A DNA stretch of 64,000 bases, taken from positions 1-64,000 of IMG/VR virus record IMGVR_UViG_3300027971_000043; one strand, written 5' to 3'. The position numbers and the translations under genes were made by a program. The DNA is from a virus. Of the stretch, positions 63,649 to 64,000 are shown one piece after another (position 1 is the first letter of the stretch; each line of letters begins with the position of its first letter). A model generated the notes under the pieces. The model saw nothing but the letters and a program-made list of their open reading frames with translations, was not told where the DNA came from and made no database searches.

Positions 63649-64000
63649 AAAATACATACGCAATCGACTTTGAAACTTATTACGACAAAGAAATATCAAT
63701 CACAACAATGGGGCAGTGGCATTACTTGCGAAACCCCGCATCGGACATTTATATGGTTTCAATTCACGGGCCCGATGTACAGTACGTCGGATCTCCGAAG
63801 AAAGCTCCGTGGGAAAAGATTGATGGTGGAAATTGGTTGGCACACAATTATTCATTCGACGGAGCTGTGCTGGAAAGATTGCGCGAGCTTGGAATAACTA
63901 AAGCAAATCCGTCTAGTTGGTTTTGTACAGCGAATCTGTCTGTCGCTGTCGGTGCTCCTAGAAATTTATTGGGCGCATCGCGGGAACTTCTTAATCGAAA
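63645..64000 (+). CDS. Family A DNA polymerase, N-terminal 3'-5' exonuclease domain (truncated by window; not in ORF track)
   Basis: Manual translation MKNTYAIDFETYYD (ExoI)...AHNYSFD (ExoII)...WFCTA...PRNL, open to the window end. Confidence 0.85.
   Translation, partial: MKNTYAIDFETYYDKEISITTMGQWHYLRNPASDIYMVSIHGPDVQYVGSPKKAPWEKIDGGNWLAHNYSFDGAVLERLRELGITKANPSSWFCTANLSVAVGAPRNLLGASRELLNR

Noticed and set aside
63670-63897. 75-aa ORF in the track
   Set aside because: Out of frame within the DNA polymerase gene that starts at 63645

Overview
The window is most of the genome of a lytic-looking tailed dsDNA phage with podovirus-like architecture; I saw no integrase, tRNA or CRISPR array. 1-4960: accessory/late-entering genes (HtrA-like protease, SAM methyltransferase, two glycosyltransferases, dCMP deaminase) and a G-rich repeat array. 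About 5000-17950 (+): a dense early/host-takeover region with a TerS-like gene on the minus strand, rIIA/rIIB, GP88-like and Ogg-like genes. 18621-58318 (-): morphogenesis (TerL, portal, scaffold, capsid, lysis cassette, tail/fibre proteins, three cysteine-free ejection proteins including a 3750-aa giant, a GH73 muramidase, small basic proteins). 58376-64000 (+): replication (resolvase, SF2 helicase, split Cas4-like nuclease, SSB-like protein, start of a family A DNA polymerase). The most striking observations are: a sigma70-like segment embedded in the giant ejected protein next to an SF2 helicase and a zincin-like domain; a recurrent CC-GATA-GG leader hairpin with covarying stems; sharp CCGG depletion confined to the early region; a shared LGK motif in a cluster of small virion-module proteins; and a tail protein carrying a ~440-aa cassette inserted into a scaffold whose insert-free paralog lies two genes away. 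All assignments are by eye from motifs and synteny; no database searches were run.
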